The notes: generated by a model from the letters alone, not told the origin. 64,000 nt of DNA from Blastocatellia bacterium (GCA_963765495.1 CAVXWP010000006.1:64001-128000); one strand, 5' to 3'; numbered from the stretch's first letter, positions 1-12,450 are shown. Numbers and translations: made by a program.

Positions 1-830
1 TTGGTCGATTGACGAATCAAACCTTTGGCCTGCCAGATGATCCTCTTTTGATGATTGGCAATCTCTACATCATACCTCTGAAAATCAGCCCCGCTTTGAG
101 AGTTTAAAATCAAAGTTACGTTTGTGATCCGCGATGGAATCTGCAACTCGTTCAGGTTTTGCTCGCTTGAGCGAACCGTCGCATTGCTCGGATAGACATC
201 AAGCGCAAGGATGTTTGCATGCGGCGAAGCTGCGTCTTCAGCCTCTTTTTGAAGGCGAGCTATTTCACTGTCGCTCTCCTGTTGTTTGCGACGAAGTTCG
301 GATTCGATCTGTCGCAATTGCTCGTTTTCGCGTTCCAGCCTGAGGCGTTCGGCCTCCTGATTGGCTAGCCTTTCGCTCATGGTTTTCTGCTCGGCAGCCA
401 ATCGGTCTTGAAAAGCTTTCTCCTGCTGCCTGCCCCGGAGCCAGCCCCCAACGAGTATGAAAGCAAGAAGAGTCGCTGCCATAGCCGCGTATTGCCACCT
501 GAAAGCCGGGCGGCCTGTTTGCGCTGAAATCGGGATGACTTGAGCCGGTTCTTCTTCAAGAGCGCGGCTTTCGCGCACCAACCGGAGTTCTTCGGCGCAC
601 TCGTCGCAATCTCGCAGGTGGTTCTCAATAAGACTCTGAGCGGAGGCGGTTCCCACCCGTTCGTATGCGTAGTCTATGAGCGCGTCTGCGGGCAGATGCC
701 TGTTGTAGAGCTTCAACGCAAAAAGCGTCTCTCCGAGTTCGAGGCGGCACCGCTCGCACTCGGCCACGTGTTTGCGCACACGGCGCGCCTCTTCGCCTTC
801 AAGCGTATCGTTTGCCAGCCAGGGCAAATA
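1..830 (-). CDS. Zinc-finger (zf-HC2/ZAS) anti-sigma-factor-like membrane protein with two HxxxCxxC motifs; 5' end damaged, 3' end beyond the window
   Basis: Absent from the ORF track because it runs off the edge. Hand translation from 830: YLPWLANDTLEGEEARRVRKHVAECERC...IENHLRDCDECAEEL...WQYAAMAATLLAFILVGGW (TM), then a coiled coil and a beta-rich C-terminal region. In-frame TAA at 833-831 directly upstream; only a TTG at 827 is available as a start. Confidence 0.8.
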
Positions 831-834
831 TTAA

Positions 835-2070
835 AAGCTTGTTGCCATTGACACCAAGATAGACAGGGATGGATTCACTCATCTCTTTGGGGCCAGTGAT
901 TTTGGCCGGGTTTATGAACTTGTGCCAGAAGCGAGCTTTTTTGGGGTTTTCGCTGATGCCGTTCCCCTTGAATCAGGCTCGCTTCCCACAACCGGAGGCG
1001 GAAGCACGGGACTCACCGAGGATGGTTCATCCGGCCTTTGCGAATTGCATATAGTAAACAGCAGCGGGAACAATATCCTCGTGGATGTTGAGACGGGCCA
1101 CTTCTCAGTCGGCAATGCTTTGAAAGCAGATGCCGCAGCCAAGGCTCCCCCCTGCACCGATCCAAATCAACAGCCTTGCCCGCAAGGAAATATGACTTAC
1201 TTCATAGACTCCATAACGGATGCGGTGTATCAGGCTGAAATACCCTTTCTTGGTTCGACCGCGTTAACTATGGTGGGAACTCTCGACATGGATACAACCT
1301 CGTCGGTCGGGTTGGATTTTAGCAAGAAGGGAGACCTGTTTGTGACACTGACACTGAACGGAGAGACGCATTCGAACCTCTACAGAATTGACATGCAGAC
1401 GGGGAAACCTACCCTGATTATGCCGCTTGATTCTGTGATCGAGTCGATTGCGACGGCCGAAGACTTTACCCTCTCAAGCATAAACCCGCCGGCGACTAAA
1501 ATAAATCTCAATAAAACGAATATGTTTACGGGGTCGGCCACGATCTCGCGCGACGGCAACCCTGTTGCCAATGTGCCGGTCAATATTGATGTAAAGGGTG
1601 TGAATAATTTCACCATCCAGAATGTCACGAATTCCGAAGGCAATGTCACAATCGAGTACGCGAACCTTTCCGGGAATCCCGGGCTGGATACCATCACCGT
1701 GAGCAGCCCTACGTCTACCGACGACGGTCTGCTTCAAATCGGAGAGCAGGACACTCGATTCTTCCCTTCACAGGCTACGGTAGAGTGGACAACCGGGCCG
1801 ATCATCGACAAGGTCAAAGTAAAAGGCAACGGCAATAACCTGGTGCTGACAGGGGCGATGTTTCGAGCCGATGATCGCGTTTTCATCAACGGAGTTGAAG
1901 TGCCCGCAAATCTCGTGAAATTCAAAAACAACGGAAAAATCCTCTTGAAACTCAAGAGCCGCAAAGGCGAGTTTCTCAATCCCTGTGTAAACGGAGGGTC
2001 GGAAAACAGGCTGACTGTGGTAAATTCTGAGGGCGGAACCGAGGAAGCGAGCTTCATAGCCTGCCCTTGA
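835..2070 (+). pseudogene. 5'-truncated secreted/surface protein: propeller-like segment, Big_1-like Ig domain, Lys-rich C-terminal Ig-like domain
   Basis: The frame of ORF 922..2070 is open from 835 (KLVAIDTKIDRDGFTHLFGASDFGRVYELV) with no ATG, RBS or signal peptide. RDGNPVANVPVNIDV...TNSEGNVTIEY...GLDTITVS resembles Big_1. Confidence 0.6.
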
Positions 2071-2104
2071 TGAGTGAACCGATTTTCCTCGGAAGGAAAC
2101 TCGA

Positions 2105-4077
2105 ATGAGCGCGAGCCCTCTCAAAACAATCCGTCGAAAACACCGGAACCTGACGCCGATCTGGATCACGGTTCTTCTATTAGCGGCAGGCTCTCCGGTT
2201 GTGCCCGGGGCGAACGCTCTCTATTTTCAAGACAAAAATCTTAACGCTGGGCTCGAACAGGGCGCAGCCTTCGCCCGCCAATTGGGCGCGGGGGAGATTC
2301 ATGCCTACACATTGAGGCTGGTTGCGGGGCAATACGCGCACGTCTCAATCGCGCAACAGGGTGTAAACGTGATCGTGACTCTTTCCGGGTCTGACGGCAA
2401 GGTGCTTGCCACTGTGAATCGGCGAGATTTCAATCAGGGGATAGAGTCGGTTTCGTTTGTCGCCGAAACGACCGGAGATTATCGCCTCGAAGTGCGCGCA
2501 GGTGAAGGCGGCGAAGCCGGGCATTATCACATCCGCGTGGAGGAATGGCGCGGGGCAACGATTCAGGATAAGGACCGCGTCGCAGCCGAAAGACACCTCG
2601 ATGAAGCGCGGAGACTGAAGCGCAGGTGGTGGGTTGAAGAATCGCTTAGGGCCGCCGCCCGTGAAGCGGAAGAATCGCTCCTGCTTTGCGAGCGAGCAGG
2701 CGACGCCGAAATGGAGGCCGACTCGCTCCTTCAATTAGGCAGCATCTATCAGTTCATGAGCGATAGCGCAAAGGTCATAGAGTATTGTGATCGGGCGCTT
2801 GCGCTCAGTCGGGCGGCCCGCGACCCTTTCGGGGAAGCCCGGGCGCTTATGATCCTTGCAAAGACGCGCGGAAGGGCGATCAGCGCTATGCCGAGCTTCG
2901 TTATCCCGAATCGCTCAGGTTTGAACAGATTCGCCGCCTGCTCGATGATCGGACGGCGCTGCTCGAATACATGATCGGAAAGGACTCCTCATTTCTTTTC
3001 GTGGTCAGTCGGGAGGGGGTTGAAAGCTACGGCCTGCCGCAAGCGGCCGAGATGGAAGAACTGGTTGAAGAGATACGGGAAGCATTGAAGCGGCCCGGAC
3101 GGCGCGAATTTGCCCGCTATGTGAGCGCAGCCCGGCGGCTTTATGATGCGGTTATCCTGCCTGCCGCAGACAGACTTGCCGGAAAGAAACGATTGCTGAT
3201 AGCTCCCGACGGAGCCCTGTATTATCTGCCGTTCGAGCTTCTGTTAAGCAGTCAGGCAAATACGGAAGGCCGCGCTGTTTACAAAGAACAGCCCTTCTTG
3301 CTCAGGCAATGGGCGATCAGTTACATCCCTTCGGCGGGCGTGCTTGCGAGCCTCGAAAGCGGGAAAGCAAGAGCCGAGCCCCTATCATCAGAAGCAAAGC
3401 AATTTATTGCCTTCGCCGATCCCGTTTACCCGCCCGCCGGAAAAGCCGATTATAACGAGGCGAGCCGCGTGGCCCGCAGCCTTGCCGGAAGAGACAGGTT
3501 CAGGCTGGAGCGTCTGAGCGATTCGGGCCGCGAGGTCAAATCTATAGCCGCAGCCTTCGAGCCTGAAAGCGCGATCATCTATCTGAGACAGGAAGCCAGA
3601 GAAGAAAACGTAAAGAACAACCCTGATTTGAGCCGCGCCCGTCGCATACATTTCGCCGCGCACGGGCTGATCAGCGAGCCCGAGCCCGAGTATTCGGGGC
3701 TCGTCCTATCGCTGGATGAAGATCACGCGGAAGACGGCATCTTGCAGGTTTACGAGATATTCGATCTGAGGCTGACAGCGGACCTTGTGGTGTTGTCGGC
3801 CTGTCGGACGGGGTTGGGGAAGAAGCTCAGAGGCGAAGGGGTGATCGGATTGAGCCGGGCTTTTTTGTATGCGGGAGCATCAAGCGTTGTGGTGAGTCTG
3901 TGGCAGGTGGCCGATAAATCCACAGCCGATTTGATGGTCAGGTTTTATCAAGGGATGGAGGGCGAAAACGATAAATCCGAATCGCTCAGACAGGCAAAGC
4001 TCAAGATGATCGAATCGAGTCCTTACAGCCATCCCTACTACTGGGCCCCGTTTATTCTGATTGGCGACCCGCGATGA
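2105..4077 (+). pseudogene. CHAT (caspase-like) protease with signal peptide, PPC-like domain and TPRs, split by an out-of-frame internal deletion near 2865
   Basis: ORF 2105..2974 has a signal peptide, GEIHAYTLRLVAGQY and the first TPRs. The frame of 2971..4077 extends upstream as RKGDQRYAELRYPESLRFEQIRRLLDDRTALLEY, a typical pre-CHAT segment. CHAT motifs IHFAAHG, LVVLSACRTG, VVVSLWQV and HPYYWAPFILIG are intact. Confidence 0.8.
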
Positions 4078-4164
4078 TGATGCGTGAAGCGTGATGCGTG
4101 ATTAACCCGGCTTGCAAATTGCTTTTTACACGCAGGTTCCAAATTAATCACGCATCACGCTTCA
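4075..4164. repeat. REP-like palindrome built from the GATGCGT heptamer; its arms overlap the stop codons of two convergent genes
   Basis: tgaagcgtgatgcgtgattaa ... ttaatcacgcatcacgcttca inverted arms. Confidence 0.85.
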
Positions 4165-5271
4165 TTTGTATATTTCGCCGAAGAGCTTGCCCGCAATCTC
4201 TTTGTCTATAGTCTTGAGAACCTTATACTCCTCAAGCGCCGTTCCTCTGTCTCCGAGCATCAGATGTGTCTGAGCAAGTCTGTAATGCGCCTGCGCGTGC
4301 TCCGGGTCAATGCTTATAGCCTGTTTGTATGCCTGTTTGGCTTCCGACAGTCGTTTCATCTTCTGCAAGGTCGTGCCAAGCACGTAAGGCGCGCCTACGA
4401 AATCGGGTTTGAGATTGACGGCCTCTTTATAGGCCGTTATTGCCTCATCCATGCGTCCGAGATTGGCATAGGCCGCGCCCAGATTATAATACGAGTCGCC
4501 GGAATCCGGTTTTACCTTGAGCGCCGCCTGATAAGCGGCTATCGCATCTTCGTAGCGGCCCAGCTTGTGACAGCCCACTCCGATATTATAATGCGCGTCT
4601 ACGTAATCAGGTTTGACCGCGATGGCCTGCCGATAGGCTTCCAGTGCTTCTTCGGCTCGTCCCTGTCTGGAATATGCCACGCCGAGTTTATAGTGCGCCT
4701 CCGCATAGTCGGGCTTGATGTTTATGGCCTGCTTCAAAGCAATTATCGCTTCGTCCAGACGGCCAAGCCTGTGATGCAGCATCCCCAGATTGAAATGCGC
4801 CGCCGCGCTGTTCGGCTCGATGCGAAGCGCCTGATTGTATGAGGCTATCGCATCGTCATATCGCTCAAGATTTTCGTAGGCCACCGCCAGGTTGTAATAA
4901 GCCTTGGGGTGTTCCAGGTTGATGCTGATGGCTTTTCTGTAAGCGACGAGCGACTGTTCATACAGGCCCATCCTCGTGTAGAGGTCGCCCATTTCGCAAT
5001 AGGCCAGTTCATCTTCGGGCGATATCCGAATCGCCTCATTATAAGCTTCGACCGCCTCGTCGTAACGCCCCAGATTGGCGTAGATTTCACCGAGTCTGTG
5101 TCGCGCATAGATGTCATCGGGCGCAACACGCACAGCCATACCGTAAGCTGCAAGAGCCTCTTCATACTGGCCCTGCCTCGAAAGCTCGCCGCCTCTTTCT
5201 ATAGCTTCGAGTGAGGCTCGAATCCGGCTGCGTTTTCTCAATCCATCGAATAGCCTCATAGCAAATCTCAC
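4162..5271 (-). CDS. Tetratricopeptide repeat protein
   Basis: Near-continuous 34-aa repeats (AYYNLAVAY...EAIxAYxQAlxixP). Start may be a slightly downstream ATG. Confidence 0.9.
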   Translation of the reverse strand: MRFAMRLFDGLRKRSRIRASLEAIERGGELSRQGQYEEALAAYGMAVRVAPDDIYARHRLGEIYANLGRYDEAVEAYNEAIRISPEDELAYCEMGDLYTRMGLYEQSLVAYRKAISINLEHPKAYYNLAVAYENLERYDDAIASYNQALRIEPNSAAAHFNLGMLHHRLGRLDEAIIALKQAINIKPDYAEAHYKLGVAYSRQGRAEEALEAYRQAIAVKPDYVDAHYNIGVGCHKLGRYEDAIAAYQAALKVKPDSGDSYYNLGAAYANLGRMDEAITAYKEAVNLKPDFVGAPYVLGTTLQKMKRLSEAKQAYKQAISIDPEHAQAHYRLAQTHLMLGDRGTALEEYKVLKTIDKEIAGKLFGEIYK

Positions 5272-5636
5272 ACCCGCCGATAAGTCGTGCGCACTCCCCT
5301 GATACGTATTTGCCGGTTTATGATCGGACGATTTATAGCGTCCTTTGGTAGACGCCGGCTCGTTAATCAGGTATGTCCTTTTTAGACTACGAAGTAGATT
5401 TGAAGGAATTGGGGTGCATCCCTCGCTTCAGATAATCCCGAATAATCTCAAAATTCGGGCGAGCGACAGCAAAGGGGGAAACCTCTACGTGAGGCAATAT
5501 ATCAGAATAAATTATGGAATGAAATACTTAAATACGCTCTATTTTTCAGCTTTTTCATTTGAATCAGGACGGGCCAAAAGATTACCTGTACGGGTAAATC
5601 GCCTCATATTGTTTTACCGATGCATTGCGGGGCAAG

Positions 5637-5682
5637 TTGAAATAGGCCAGGACGGACGCGGATGCGGCGGATTTTCGCGGAT
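5637..5682 (+). repeat. Left-arm-only copy of the palindrome found at 10418-10504
   Basis: 43 of 46 nt match 10418-10463 (ttgaaataggcc.ggacggacgcggat..ggcggattttcgcggat). Confidence 0.85.
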
Positions 5683-5709
5683 CTGATCATGATGCCTCAG
5701 GCCATTATT

Positions 5710-6935
<1,226 letters not shown>

Positions 6936-6939
<4 letters not shown>

Positions 6940-9545
6940 TCTTCCCTCACAAAGCGAAGCGGGTCGAGGCGGAGCGCGCGCGCCGCCGGATAGAGACCGG
7001 CTGCGGCCGTGACCGCAAGTATCAATAGAGTTGACTGGATGAGAAAGGTTACGGGGAAGTGAAACTGGATCGTCCATCCGAATGACTGGACGTTTATCAC
7101 ATAGACCAGCACAAGCGACAGCATTATGCCTATCAGGATTCCCACAAATTGGCTCACGCCGCCAAGCAGAACTGCCTCGATGACGATCATTCGGCGAATC
7201 TGTTTTCGCGTAGCGCCCAGAAAACTGAGCACCGCAAGCTCTCGCCGCCTCTCAAGTATCAGCGTAAACAATGTGGAGATCACTCCCAATCCCGCGACCG
7301 CTATCGCTATCACTTCGAGCGCATAGGTGATTGAGAAGGTGCTGTCAAATATTCGAATCACCTCGCGCCGCACGGCCTCGTTTGTCCTGAGCAATATCTG
7401 ATACTTGCCGCCTATCGAGCGCGCCAGCCTCTCTTTCACGTCATCCGGGCGAGCGCCCGGCTTCAGATAAATCGAAAGGCTGCTCGGACGCGCGGCGTTA
7501 AAATGTTTATCATAAGTCCCCGCATCCATCACGACCGCGCCTCGCGTGTTCGAGTAGTCGTAATAGACAGCCTCTACTTTGAACTCTCTGTCGCCCGCCT
7601 TTGTCGGCAGCGTAATCACATCGCCGGGTTGCTTGTTGAATCGAAGCGAAAAGCTTTCCGATACGACGACCGCGTCTTTATTGATGCTTTCGCGCAGACG
7701 GTCGCGAGCATTCGAAGGGGCTTTGAATGCCAGCCGTCCGTGTTCGAGCAGGACGGGGAAGTCGCCCGCGCCAAGCGTTATCAGGTTGCCCTGATAGGTG
7801 GCCTGCTGCGCTCGAAACGAATCGACCGCGAGCACATCGGGGTCGGCTCTGACTGCGGTGATCGCTTCGTCGGCTATCTCGCCTTCTGATGTCGCCGTCG
7901 TGCGGGTCAGGGGGCGCGCAAAGATGTCGGCCTTCAGGGTCTGGTCTACCCAGTAGCTCACGGTTTCGCGGAAGCTGCCTATCATTATCGAAATCGCCAC
8001 CATCATCGCGAGGCTCATTGCAAGGGCCGCCACCGAAATCGAAACGCGGGGAATCGCGCCGCGCAGGTTGGCGCTTGCGAGTATCCCTTCTACCTGAAAG
8101 GCCGCAAGCGCCCGGTTTATAAAACGACCGCTCAACCTGCACGCAAGCCACAAGGCGTTGGGCACGAGAAAAGCGCCGCCAAACATCAGGGCAAGCGCCG
8201 CGCCGTAGCCTGCTACCGGCAGGCCGTTTATCGCGTTCAACCGGCTGAGCAGGTAACCGCAGGCAAACAGCGCAAGCGAGATGGCTAAGTATTTAGGCGA
8301 TGGCCGAAAGCTTTTGGCAAGACGTTCGGCCCCGCGCATGGCTTCAATCGGACGAACGCGCGCCGCCTCGAAAGCGGGCACCGAGGCGGCTAAGAGCGCG
8401 AGCGGGAGGGCTACGGCAAAGGCGAGACCCACCTCCGCAAGGCCGAGCGAGTAGCGGGATACGGACTGGGTCGCGGCCGTCGCTATATAAAAAGTTTCGA
8501 CCGTAACGGCTGTTGCGCGCACTGCGCCCGCCGCCATCAGGCGTCCAATCGCGAGACCTATGACCGTTCCAAAGACGGCAAGCAGCAGCGCCTCGCCCCA
8601 GAAGAGGATCAGCACCATACGGCGACCGACGCCCAGGGCGCGGAGCGTGCCTACCTCTTCGCGTCGGGTGATGACAGAGATAGAGACTGTGTTGTAGATG
8701 AGAAACAATCCTACCAGCAGGGCTATGGACCCGAGCGCGCTCAGGTTGAAATGAAATGCCGAGATCATCTTTTCCACCTGACCGAAGCGCTGGTCGGGCC
8801 GCGCAATGACGAGGCCCTCGGCGAGACGCGGGGCAATCTCGGAGGCGGCCTGCTCGGTGGAGATTTCGGGTTTGAGTTTTACATCTACGCGGTCGAGCAA
8901 GCCCAGACGGTCAAGCGCCAGTTGAGCGGCGGCGATATCCATCAGCGCGAAGTTGCCGTCGAGAACGCGGGCCGGGCCTTCGTCGAGCAACAGGCCGCGC
9001 ACCCTGAATTCGCGCCTCTGGCTGCCCATCGTGAGTGAGATGGAACTGCCTATTGAAAGATTGTGACGGCGGGCGAATTTTTCGGTAAGGATGATGGATG
9101 CCGGGTCTGTGAGCAGCAGCAGGAACTCGCGCGCCGTAGGCTCGCCCTCGCCTGAGTTGAGGCGAAGCAATTTGTAGTCGCGCAGCGAGCGGTCGCGCAA
9201 TACGTCTACGCCGAGGATTTGAAGAAACTCGCCAGCCGATTCGTCTGCCATCGCGTATCCGGTTATGACGGGGCTAATACGTCCGTAGGCGCGGAGCCAT
9301 CCGAGGTCTTTCAGCGCGAGTTCATCAAAGCGTCCGGCCGCGCCGGTGATTTGAATCGAAGTCTCTCCGGCGATGGTTTCAGTGGCGGTGCGAAAGGATT
9401 CAAGCGAGGTGGCGTTGGCCAGGCGGATGGCTATCATCACGCCTACGCCGAGGCTTATGCCGAGTACGGTTATCGCCGAGCGCACGGGGTCGCGGGCAAG
9501 CGCTCGCAGTATGAATTGCTTAAAGAGTTTGAAGTACGCCTTCAT
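6936..9545 (-). CDS. ABC transporter permease, FtsX/MacB family with duplicated domains (AttF/AttG-like)
   Basis: Two MacB-periplasmic + FtsX halves; GISLGVGVMIAI, RREEVGTLRALG, YVINVQSFGWTI. Confidence 0.92.
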
Positions 9546-10230
9546 GCTTTTGAGAACTTTCCTGGTCTTGCTCGATCAACCCGTCGCGCATGCTTATGGT
9601 GCGCCTGCCGTATGAGGCGGCTTCTTCGGAATGGGTAGCGAGGATGATTGTAACGCCGAGTTCCTGATTCAGGTCACGAAGCAGGCGCATGACGTGCTCG
9701 CCGTTTTCGCTGTCGAGGTTGCCGGTCGGCTCATCAGCCAGCACGAGTTGAGGCTGGTTGATTACGGCGCGAGCCACGGCTGCGCGCTGCATTTCGCCTC
9801 CCGAAAGCTCCGAAGGGAAATGGTCCAGCCGATTGATGAGACCGACGCGGTCCAGAAGTTTGCGTGTGCGCGTGCGCGCCTGACGTTCGCGCGTGCCGTC
9901 CAGCATCAGGGGAAGCGCTACATTTTCGGCGACCGTAAGCGTAGGCAGCAGGTTGAAGAATTGAAAGACGAAGCCCACCTCTTTGCGTCTGAGCCGCCCC
10001 AGTTCCTCTTCGTTCAGATGGTCGAGCCGCACGCCGTTGAGCGAGACGCTTCCACTCGTAGGGCGGTCCATCCCGCCTATCAAATGAAGCAATGTCGATT
10101 TGCCGCAACCCGAAGGTCCCATCAGGATGATGAAATCACCTTCTGCGGCCTCGAAACTCACACCCCTGAGCGCCGCCACGCCGCGACGGCCCCCGCCGTA
10201 AATTTTTTCTACCTTTTCGACTATAAGCAA
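9520..10230 (-). CDS. ABC transporter ATP-binding protein (LolD/AttE-like)
   Basis: Walker A GPSGCGKST, signature LSGGE, Walker B VLADEPTGNLD, switch His (ATH). Confidence 0.95.
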   Translation of the reverse strand: MLIVEKVEKIYGGGRRGVAALRGVSFEAAEGDFIILMGPSGCGKSTLLHLIGGMDRPTSGSVSLNGVRLDHLNEEELGRLRRKEVGFVFQFFNLLPTLTVAENVALPLMLDGTRERQARTRTRKLLDRVGLINRLDHFPSELSGGEMQRAAVARAVINQPQLVLADEPTGNLDSENGEHVMRLLRDLNQELGVTIILATHSEEAASYGRRTISMRDGLIEQDQESSQKHEGVLQTL

Positions 10231-10342
10231 TGGTAAGTCTCACTCCCGAATGAACTGATCAGAACAATATCACAGTATTACGTTGCCTCGCCTTTGTGGC
10301 AAGATATCGGCCTCTGCGCAGAGGCGAACGGGGGATTTTATC

Positions 10343-10547
10343 CGGGGCCATTCAGTTTTTGAATTGCGGGCAACATGCGTCAGGCGTTTTGCCAGGTTAA
10401 ATTGGATGCAAGGCGAATTGAAATAGGCCGGGACGGACGCGGATCGGGCGGATTTTCGCGGATTAAATCCTATAGTGTCAGATCCGCGCCCGTCCCGGCC
10501 TATTCCCCTTTTCCATGTGCTACATTTTGGAAAACTGAATGGCCCTG
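10343..10547. mobile_element. MITE with 17-bp terminal inverted repeats and a 10-bp target duplication (ISAs1-like ends)
   Basis: Left end cggggccattcagtttt; right end aaaactgaatggccctg (1 mismatch); GGATTTTATC at 10333-10342 and 10548-10557; internal palindrome 10422-10504. Confidence 0.85.
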
Positions 10548-10682
10548 GGATTTTATCCATTATCTTACTCAGATGATTCATAGCCACATTGAATTATTCT
10601 TCTCTCTCTAATAAGCTTTCGCAGAACGCTTCTTTGATCAAGGTCTGAGGTTGTCGAGACCAGAACGGCTCCGGGAGGTGGT

Positions 10683-11939
10683 ATGAGTAAAGGCAAGAAG
10701 AAAGAGAAAGAAGATTCTGCAAAGAGAGTGCTGGAACGCATACGCCGATCGGCCGCATTGTTGAAGAAAGGCGATTACCCGGATGAGCTTTTTGATGATG
10801 TCCTGTGGATGGTTGAGCGCGGTCTTGAAGAGAAAGTTTATCAACTCATAGAAGAAGAAGAATACGACGAAGAGGTTCTGGATGTCCTGGCGATGGCTCT
10901 TCATGAGGCGGGTTATCGTTTGTACCTTTCATTCGTCCCCGCATCAAAGCAGGAGAAAGCGAGCGTCCGCGAAGAGATTCCCGCAATAATGATCCCCTTT
11001 GCCATTATATTTGCCGTGCCGGTCTTGATAGGCGAAGCCGCAAGTTTCCCGACCGAACTCCCTCTGACCATAAAGCGAGCCGCGGAGGATCGGATTATAA
11101 GAGACGCGCTTGGCCTCGATGAAGGAGGCTCGATATTTCTCGATGATCGACTCTATCGCGTAGACCATACGGAGTGGCGGCAGGAATCGGCCGCCAGAGA
11201 GTATCTGAACTCTCTGGCGTCTTACCTTACAAAATCGAAGAAGAAGTTCCCGCCTCTCGCCGCCGACTACAATGACCCGCCGCAGTTTCACGGCGACCCT
11301 TACCAGCTTGAAAGAATGAGCATTATTCAAAGAGCGGTCTGTGGAGCGGTCCTGACAAATCAGGGAGAGGAAGGCGAAGAAGCGCTCGAATTTGAAGACC
11401 ATATCTTCGGAGAATCGGAAGAAGGAAGATTCGACGCTTTGGGGAACCTGATCAAGGAAGAACTCGCTTCGCACATGGCCGGGCCTGAATTCGATGTCTT
11501 TGTCTATCCTTATCTCGTCGAATTGAATGAAGTGCCTGAAAGCGGCCTCCAGCTTCAGCGAACCATTCAGATATCGCTTGAGACCGAAAGAGCGATGCAG
11601 AACCTGCTCGAAATGGCCCCGCCCGGAGAAGTTATCGAGCCGCTTCTATATGTATCGCGCCACGGAGGAGATGAGGTAGTCGAAGAGATTCGGCTTGCGG
11701 CTTACGGGCGCGAGGCGGAAGACGAAGAGCCGTTCTTTACCTTCGTCTGGGAGATAGTCCACGAACTGGAAGACCCCGAAGACGTTTCCGAAGCCATAGT
11801 GGAAATCTCAAAACAGCTTAATGCCAAGATACTGCTGGTGGAAGAAATATTATCCGATGAGAGATGCGATGATTGCGGCGCGAAGCTCTATCACGGCCCC
11901 GGCGGTCTGTCTCACGGCACCGAGTACCGCGAAGAGTAG
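10683..11939 (+). CDS. Very acidic hypothetical protein with C-terminal CxxC...H motif (possibly DUF2863-like)
   Basis: RBS GGAGGT; Glu/Asp-rich; ends ERCDDCGAKLYHGPGGLSH. Family resemblance is from memory and unverified. Confidence 0.75.
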   Translation: MSKGKKKEKEDSAKRVLERIRRSAALLKKGDYPDELFDDVLWMVERGLEEKVYQLIEEEEYDEEVLDVLAMALHEAGYRLYLSFVPASKQEKASVREEIPAIMIPFAIIFAVPVLIGEAASFPTELPLTIKRAAEDRIIRDALGLDEGGSIFLDDRLYRVDHTEWRQESAAREYLNSLASYLTKSKKKFPPLAADYNDPPQFHGDPYQLERMSIIQRAVCGAVLTNQGEEGEEALEFEDHIFGESEEGRFDALGNLIKEELASHMAGPEFDVFVYPYLVELNEVPESGLQLQRTIQISLETERAMQNLLEMAPPGEVIEPLLYVSRHGGDEVVEEIRLAAYGREAEDEEPFFTFVWEIVHELEDPEDVSEAIVEISKQLNAKILLVEEILSDERCDDCGAKLYHGPGGLSHGTEYREE

Positions 11940-11942
11940 GTT

Positions 11943-12072
11943 CGTGATGCGTGATGCGTGATGCGTGACCTGTGACTTTTAGCCTGGCCACTGTCAAAAA
12001 CAAATCGCAAGCTTGATAAGGGTGAAAGAGATCAAGCTCTGATGTAATCACGCATCACGAATCACGCATCAT
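11943..12072. repeat. GATGCGT-heptamer REP-like palindrome between convergent genes
   Basis: cgtgatgcgtgatgcgtgatgcgtga ... tcacgcatcacgaatcacgcatca. Confidence 0.85.
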
Positions 12073-12076
12073 TCGC

Positions 12077-12450
12077 TCATCTTTCCACCACGCCGAGCAC
12101 GGGGCGGCCCGTCGCATTTAGCGCCCTCCGAATGGCCTCGGAATCGAATTGCAGCAGCGAATTGCCGCCGCCGTTTGTATTAAAGGTCGGGCCTTGAAAT
12201 CCGCCCGTGCTCCCGAATTTGGCGATGATCATCGCCCCGTAGATATTGCCGTTGCCGCCGCCGTTTCGAGTCACCGAGCCGCCACCCGGAACCATAATCA
12301 ATCCCTCAAAATCCGGGTTGCCGCTCAATGTCAGATTGCCCGTTACGACCAGCAGCCCCGCTCCTCCATCCAGGTTGGCATTGCCGTCAACGAACTTGAA
12401 GGCAGGGACGCTCGTGGTGCCTACGGTGCCGCTGAAATCGCCTGAAACAT
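12077..12450 (-). pseudogene. Orphan C-terminal fragment of a large PilX-like / beta-solenoid pilus-associated protein
   Basis: FVDGNANLDGGAGLLVVTGNLTLSGNPDFEGLIMV...GGGNGNIYGAMIIA...GGGNSLLQFDSEAIRRA. No prepilin leader; upstream DNA is AT-rich non-coding; same strand as the pilin array. Confidence 0.6.

Noticed and set aside
2105-4077. CRISPR-associated or anti-phage TPR-CHAT (Craspase-type) system
   Set aside because: The protein has a signal peptide and PPC-like domain, and no Cas or recognisable defence gene is nearby.
6940-7077. Long N-terminal extensions in the ORF track (also at 24568, 26784, 28106, 31892, 40432, 51914, 56878)
   Set aside because: They overlap upstream genes, promoters or repeats, and downstream starts with RBS or signal peptides fit better.
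10270-10611. Short ORFs 10270..10587 and 10375..10611
   Set aside because: They are translations of the MITE and its internal palindrome.
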